Assembly: GCA_944380945.1 (NCBI GenBank)
Contig: CALWJG010000001.1
Location: forward strand, 1 to 43,367
From: an uncultured Agathobaculum sp.
GTDB taxonomy: Bacteria > Bacillota > Clostridia > Oscillospirales > Butyricicoccaceae
Direction of reading: 5' to 3'
Length of the DNA stretch: 43,367 nucleotides
Of this stretch, positions 37,705 through 43,367 are shown piece after piece. Both the position numbers and the translations under genes were made by a program. Within the stretch, counting starts at the first letter, position 1; each line of letters opens with the position of its first letter. Under the pieces are notes generated by a model that saw only the letters and a program-made list of their open reading frames with translations, made no database searches and was not told where the DNA came from.

Positions 37705-38949
37705 ATGAAAAAACTGTTGGCTACGGCACTGGCGCTGACCATGGCGCTCAGCATGACCGCCTGCGGCGGCGGCAACAACCAGAGCTCCGGCGACGGCGGT
37801 TCGGAGGGCGGCACCACTGAGCTCAGCCTGATCCTGCGCGCCGGCACCTATGCGGACGTCATCAAGGAATGCCTGCCCGCGTTTGAAGAGGAGCACAACG
37901 TGACCTGCACCGTGCAGGAGCTGTCCGAGTCCGACCTGTATTCCGGCATCGCGCTGGACGCGATCAACGCGGAGGGCTCTTACGACCTGTGCATGGTCGA
38001 CGGCTCCTGGATGGCTGAGTTCACCGAGAACGGCGTGCTCGCCAACCTGTCCGACCTCGGCTATTCGCTGGACGACGACATCATCCCCGCGACCACCTCG
38101 ATCTGCTATGTGGACGACGACGTTTACCTTGCCCCGTATTACGGCAACGTGACCGTGCTGATGTTCAACAAGGCCAACGTTGAGGCGGCCGGCTACTCCG
38201 CCGACACCATCCAGTCGCTGGACGACATCCTCAAGATCTGCCAGCAGGCCAAGGCGGACGGCAAGAACGGCTTTATCTACCGCGGCGACGGCCAGAACAA
38301 TCTGGTAGTCGACTTCCTGCCCATCCTGCTGTCCTACGGCGGCTGGGTCGTGGACGACAACAATCAGCCCACGGTCGACACGCAGGAATTCAAGGACGCG
38401 ATGAACTACTACCTCGAGCTGATCGCGACCGGTCAGGCGCAGGTCAAGGATGACCTGATCGCCTCCGTCGATTCCGGCTCCGGCACCATGGGCATCGGCT
38501 GGCCGGGCTGGTACACCCCCACCGCTGACTCCCCCGCGGACTATATCGCGCTCAACGGCGCTGCGACCGCAGGCGGCGAGACCCACAACGCGAACGTATA
38601 CGGCATCTGGGCGATCGGCGTTCCGGCCAACAGCCAGAATCAGGAGCTGGCGGTCGAGCTGCTCTCCTACCTGATGGATGCCGACGTGCAGAAGTCCACC
38701 GTGGCCTCCGGCGGCGTACCGTGCCGTTATTCCAGCCTGCAGGATCCCGAGGTCCTCGAGACCTACCCGCAGTATGAGGTCGTTTGCCAGGCGCTGGAGA
38801 GCGGCGTTTACCGCCCGGTCATCGCAGAGTGGACCCAGTTCTACACCACGCTGGGCACTGAGATGGACAACATCATCAATGGTATGAAGACCGTGGATCA
38901 GGGCCTTGCCGATGCGCAGGCTCAGCTGGAGGAACTGATGGCCGGCTGA
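37705..38949 (+). CDS. Carbohydrate ABC transporter substrate-binding lipoprotein
   Basis: Lipoprotein signal LSMTAC, Gly/Ser linker, family 1 SBP features; very acidic. Confidence 0.92.
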   Translation: MKKLLATALALTMALSMTACGGGNNQSSGDGGSEGGTTELSLILRAGTYADVIKECLPAFEEEHNVTCTVQELSESDLYSGIALDAINAEGSYDLCMVDGSWMAEFTENGVLANLSDLGYSLDDDIIPATTSICYVDDDVYLAPYYGNVTVLMFNKANVEAAGYSADTIQSLDDILKICQQAKADGKNGFIYRGDGQNNLVVDFLPILLSYGGWVVDDNNQPTVDTQEFKDAMNYYLELIATGQAQVKDDLIASVDSGSGTMGIGWPGWYTPTADSPADYIALNGAATAGGETHNANVYGIWAIGVPANSQNQELAVELLSYLMDADVQKSTVASGGVPCRYSSLQDPEVLETYPQYEVVCQALESGVYRPVIAEWTQFYTTLGTEMDNIINGMKTVDQGLADAQAQLEELMAG

Positions 38950-38995
38950 TCCGATCAGCCCTAACCCATCCGACTCCCGCATGACGGGTTCAGGC

Positions 38996-39023
38996 GGCCG
39001 GGGCGCCGCACGGCGCTCCGGCC
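38996..39023 (+). other. Intra-operon hairpin after the SBP gene (probable mRNA stabiliser or partial terminator)
   Basis: GGCCGGGGCGCC-GCAC-GGCGCTCCGGCC with one G-U pair on +; no strong U-tract. Confidence 0.55.
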
Positions 39024-39098
39024 ATTATTATCGCCATTCCCGGCCTTTCACAGTGATTCCGTCTGAAATACCTCCTGAATTAGTGAGGTCAATGCGAA

Positions 39099-39998
39099 AT
39101 GAGAACAAATTCTACAACCAAATTGAGAAACGCGGACGTCCAGACCAAGCGCTTCGGTCTGGGCATGATCACGCCGACGGTCATCGTCCTGCTGGTCATG
39201 ACCGCTTATCCGCTGGTCTTCACCCTGTTTTACAGCTTTACCGATTATAACCTGCTGCGCAACCTGCGCCAGCCCGCCGAGTTCATCGCGCTGAAGAACT
39301 ACACCGACCTGCTGACCGACCCCTACTTCCAGCAGTCGATCTGGAACACGGTCAAGTTCACCATCCTCGCGGTGATCTTTGAGATGATCATCGGCTTTGC
39401 GATGGCGCTGTTCGTCAACTGCCTCAAGCGCGGCCAGAAGACCATGCGCACCCTGCTGCTCCTGCCCTATCTGCTGCCGACCGTAACGGTAGCGCTGAGC
39501 TGGCGCATGATGCTCTCCCCCAACTACGGCATTGTCAATCAGGTGCTCACGGCGCTCGGTCTGCCGGTGTTCAACTGGTTTTCGGACATCCATACCGCGT
39601 TCGGCATGCTGGTGCTGATCGACGTATGGCAGAGCGCGCCGTTCGTGTTCCTGCTGCTGTACGCAGCGCTGCAGTCCGTGCCGCAGGGCCAGTATGAGGC
39701 CGCCCGCATCGACGGCGCGGGCCGCATCAAGATCCTGTTTTACGTCACCATCCCCAACATCAAGAACAGCCTCGCGCTGTGCGCCCTGCTCCGCACGATC
39801 GACAGCTTCCGCCTGTTCGACAAGGTCAACCTGCTGACCGGCGGCGGCCCGGCGAACAGCACGTCGACGATCACTCAGTATCTGTACAACTATGGCATTT
39901 CCTCGCTGGATTTCGGCTTCGGCAGCGCCGGCGCCGTTGTTATGACCATTCTGGTGCTGATCCTGTCGAGCGTCTACATCAAACGAGCCATCCAGTAA
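39099..39998 (+). CDS. Carbohydrate ABC transporter permease (MalF-like)
   Basis: YEAARIDGAG EAA loop, LTGGGP, GFGSA. Confidence 0.93.
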   Translation: MRTNSTTKLRNADVQTKRFGLGMITPTVIVLLVMTAYPLVFTLFYSFTDYNLLRNLRQPAEFIALKNYTDLLTDPYFQQSIWNTVKFTILAVIFEMIIGFAMALFVNCLKRGQKTMRTLLLLPYLLPTVTVALSWRMMLSPNYGIVNQVLTALGLPVFNWFSDIHTAFGMLVLIDVWQSAPFVFLLLYAALQSVPQGQYEAARIDGAGRIKILFYVTIPNIKNSLALCALLRTIDSFRLFDKVNLLTGGGPANSTSTITQYLYNYGISSLDFGFGSAGAVVMTILVLILSSVYIKRAIQ

Positions 39999-40022
39999 CT
40001 TCCCCATGAAGGAGGTAAGTAA

Positions 40023-41012
40023 ATGGAACATCTGCAGCTTACCTTTGTCAATGTGGGCTACGGGGAGGCCGCGCTGCTCCAGTGTCCCGACCCCTCCCGC
40101 CCGGACGGCGTGTTCACCGCGCTGATCGACGGCGGCGGCGCCGAGGCCAGCGAGTTTGCCGACCGGTCCTCCGGCCGTATCCCGGTTCAGGAATACCTCG
40201 CCGCACACCCCGCGCGCATCGACCTGATGGTCAGCACGCACACGCATGAGGACCATATCTGCGGCCTGCTCGAGGCGGCCCGCCTCTCTCCGCCGGCCGC
40301 GCTCTGGCAGACCATGCCGGCCGGTTACTACCGCGGCCTGCGCCGGCTGGACGTATCGCTCGCGCGCAACCCGTCGCAGAGCAAGTTCCTGCGCGCGCTC
40401 AACGATTACATCGACCTGTGCGCGCTCACCGAGGCGCACGGCGGCGCGATCCGCACGCTGCAGGCGGGCGAGGTCATCCCGCTCTGCCCCGGGCTCACCG
40501 CCCATGTGCTGGCCCCCTCGGCCGCGCAGTGCGCCGCGCTGCGCGCCCAGATGGACGAGGTCTATGCCCAGCGCGAGGAAGAGGCGTTCCTGCGCACCCT
40601 GTCCGCGCTGGACGCCCGCATGAACAATTACAGCCTGATCCTGCGGCTGGACTACCACGACGCCCGCATCCTGCTCCCCGGCGACACCAACCTCGCCGGC
40701 TACGGCGGCATTCCGGACAGCGAGCTGCGCGCCCAGCTGTTCAAGGTCGGCCATCACGGACAGCGGGACGGCGCCGATCAGGCGCTGGCGGACCGGATCC
40801 GGCCCGCAGCCGTCGTGTGCTGCGCCTCCAGCGACCGGCGCTATGACAGCGCCGACCCGGATACGATGCACATGCTCGAGGCAGGCGGCGCAAAGCTGTA
40901 TTTTTCCGACTGTCCCCGCCTTCCGGAACGCGACATTCCCGCGCACGAGGCGCTCACATTCACCATCGGCGCCGGCGGCATCCTGCAGGCCCGCTACCTT
41001 CCGGAAGCCTGA
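40023..41012 (+). CDS. Cytoplasmic ComEC-like metallo-beta-lactamase-fold hydrolase
   Basis: FVNVGYGEA, LIDGG, THTHEDHICG, NNYSL, LPGD, KVGHHG; no signal peptide; AAGGAGG RBS. Confidence 0.85.
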   Translation: MEHLQLTFVNVGYGEAALLQCPDPSRPDGVFTALIDGGGAEASEFADRSSGRIPVQEYLAAHPARIDLMVSTHTHEDHICGLLEAARLSPPAALWQTMPAGYYRGLRRLDVSLARNPSQSKFLRALNDYIDLCALTEAHGGAIRTLQAGEVIPLCPGLTAHVLAPSAAQCAALRAQMDEVYAQREEEAFLRTLSALDARMNNYSLILRLDYHDARILLPGDTNLAGYGGIPDSELRAQLFKVGHHGQRDGADQALADRIRPAAVVCCASSDRRYDSADPDTMHMLEAGGAKLYFSDCPRLPERDIPAHEALTFTIGAGGILQARYLPEA

Positions 41013-41036
41013 ATATTTGAGGAGGAAATCCTAACT

Positions 41037-42218
<1,182 letters not shown>

Positions 42219-42371
42219 TCCCTCCGGCCATCCGGACGGCATACCCGGCCGGACGCGCACATATCCTATCCCAACACAGGTTCCCGGGACGCATGACCCC
42301 GGGGACCTGTTCCATACCGGCGTCTGCTCCGGCGGACGCCGCGGCAAAGCCCGAAAGCGAGGTGCAGCATC

Positions 42372-43097
42372 ATGGGCGCGGCATTATCCTATCTGCGTGA
42401 GCTGAATATGGTCTCTGTACTGCTGCGCCTCACGCTCGCCATGCTCATCGGCGGCGTGCTCGGACTGGAGCGCGGCCGCAAGCGCCGCCCGGCCGGCAGC
42501 CGCACCTATCTGCTGGTGTGCGTCGGCGCAGCGCTTGCCATGCTGCTCGGGCAGTACGAATTCGCCATGGTCACCGGCCCGTGGGCCGGTCTTGCGTCCG
42601 AGATCGGTCAGAAGGTCGATGTTTCGCGCTTCGGCGCGCAGGTCATCAACGGCATCGGCTTTCTGGGCGCGGGCACCATTTTAGTGACCGGCCGGCAGCA
42701 GGTCAAGGGCCTGACCACCTCGGCGGGGCTGTGGGCCTCGGCGTGCATGGGGCTTGCGATCGGCGCGGGCTTTTACGAGTGCGTGCTGCTCGGCGCGCTG
42801 CTGATCTTCCTCGCCATGCGGGTGCTGCCCCTTCTCGAGGATGTGCTGGTCGAGCGCGCGCCGATCATCAACTTCTATGTGGAGTTTGACTCGCTGGACG
42901 ATCTCAGCACCATCATCCGCCGGATCAAAAGCCAGCACGCGCAGATCCTGGACGTCGAGATCGAGCGCGGCGCCGCGGAGTCCTCCCTCAACCCCAGCGC
43001 GGTGTTCTCCATCCAGCTGAAGGACTGGCGGCCGCACACCCGCGTGTTGATCGCGATCTCCGGTCTGGACTGCGTGCGGGCGATCGAAGAATTCTGA
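42372..43097 (+). CDS. MgtC/SapB family membrane protein
   Basis: GGVLGLER...PAGSRT, RFGAQVINGIGFLGAG, GLTTSAGLW; C-terminal ACT-like domain. Confidence 0.93.
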   Translation: MGAALSYLRELNMVSVLLRLTLAMLIGGVLGLERGRKRRPAGSRTYLLVCVGAALAMLLGQYEFAMVTGPWAGLASEIGQKVDVSRFGAQVINGIGFLGAGTILVTGRQQVKGLTTSAGLWASACMGLAIGAGFYECVLLGALLIFLAMRVLPLLEDVLVERAPIINFYVEFDSLDDLSTIIRRIKSQHAQILDVEIERGAAESSLNPSAVFSIQLKDWRPHTRVLIAISGLDCVRAIEEF

Positions 43098-43110
43098 GGA
43101 GGTGCATGCG

Positions 43111-43367
43111 ATGCTATCGATTTTTGACGGGCTGCGGGACATCTCCATGCTGTCGATCACCGTGCGCATGCTGCTCTCCGTGGTCTGCGGCGGCCTGATC
43201 GGTCTGGAGCGCGCCTACAAGCGCCGCCCGGCCGGCTTCCGCACGCATATCCTGATCTGTCTGGGCGCTGCGATCACCACCATGACCAGCCAGTTCCTCT
43301 ATCTGGAGCTGCACTACTTTACCGACATGGCGCGCCTCGGCGCGCAGGTCATCGCGGGCATCGGCTT
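43111..43367 (+). CDS. Second MgtC/SapB family protein (runs off the window)
   Basis: Manual translation MLSIFDGLRDISMLSITVRMLLSVVCGGLIGLERAYKRRPAGFRTH...RLGAQVIAGIG; GAGGAGG RBS. Confidence 0.9.
   Translation, partial: MLSIFDGLRDISMLSITVRMLLSVVCGGLIGLERAYKRRPAGFRTHILICLGAAITTMTSQFLYLELHYFTDMARLGAQVIAGIG

Noticed and set aside
36585-38984. 11-mer CTCCCGCATGA after both the LacI and SBP stop codons (TCCCGCATG also at 35497)
   Set aside because: Short GC-rich match that is expected by chance in 43 kb; no consistent structural context.

Overview
High-GC (~65%) chromosomal window from a Clostridia-class anaerobe. Gene order and content suggest Oscillospirales, e.g. Butyricicoccaceae-like; this is an inference. 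I found no prophage, IS element, CRISPR array, rRNA or tRNA. Left to right: (1) a minus-strand core cluster zapA-U32-maf-mreC-mreD-pbp2-minD-mgsA-hisS-small membrane ORF-aspS, truncated at the left edge; (2) proB-50-aa membrane ORF-proA-CYTH; (3) ComEC-like MBL hydrolase-DUF3006-lysA; (4) two tandem zinc-ribbon membrane proteins, an MnmM/YtqB-like methyltransferase, and an Fe-S protein divergent from a Crp/Fnr regulator followed by pepV; (5) a membrane protein, an Amidase_2 protein lacking its catalytic Glu, and a divergent cysteine-synthase-family gene; (6) a mannitol-type PTS locus (mtlA, mtlR) with no mtlD, carrying instead 1-phosphofructokinase, a SorE-like Zn dehydrogenase and DeoR; (7) pyruvate carboxylase; (8) a LacI-linked sugar ABC operon with an embedded atypical MBL hydrolase, followed by two tandem MgtC/SapB genes, truncated at the right edge. 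The best candidates for under-described biology are the MtlD-independent hexitol route via fructose-1-phosphate, tied together by a shared operator motif, and the sugar-ABC/MBL/MgtC-pair module. All calls come from reading motifs by eye; no searches were run.
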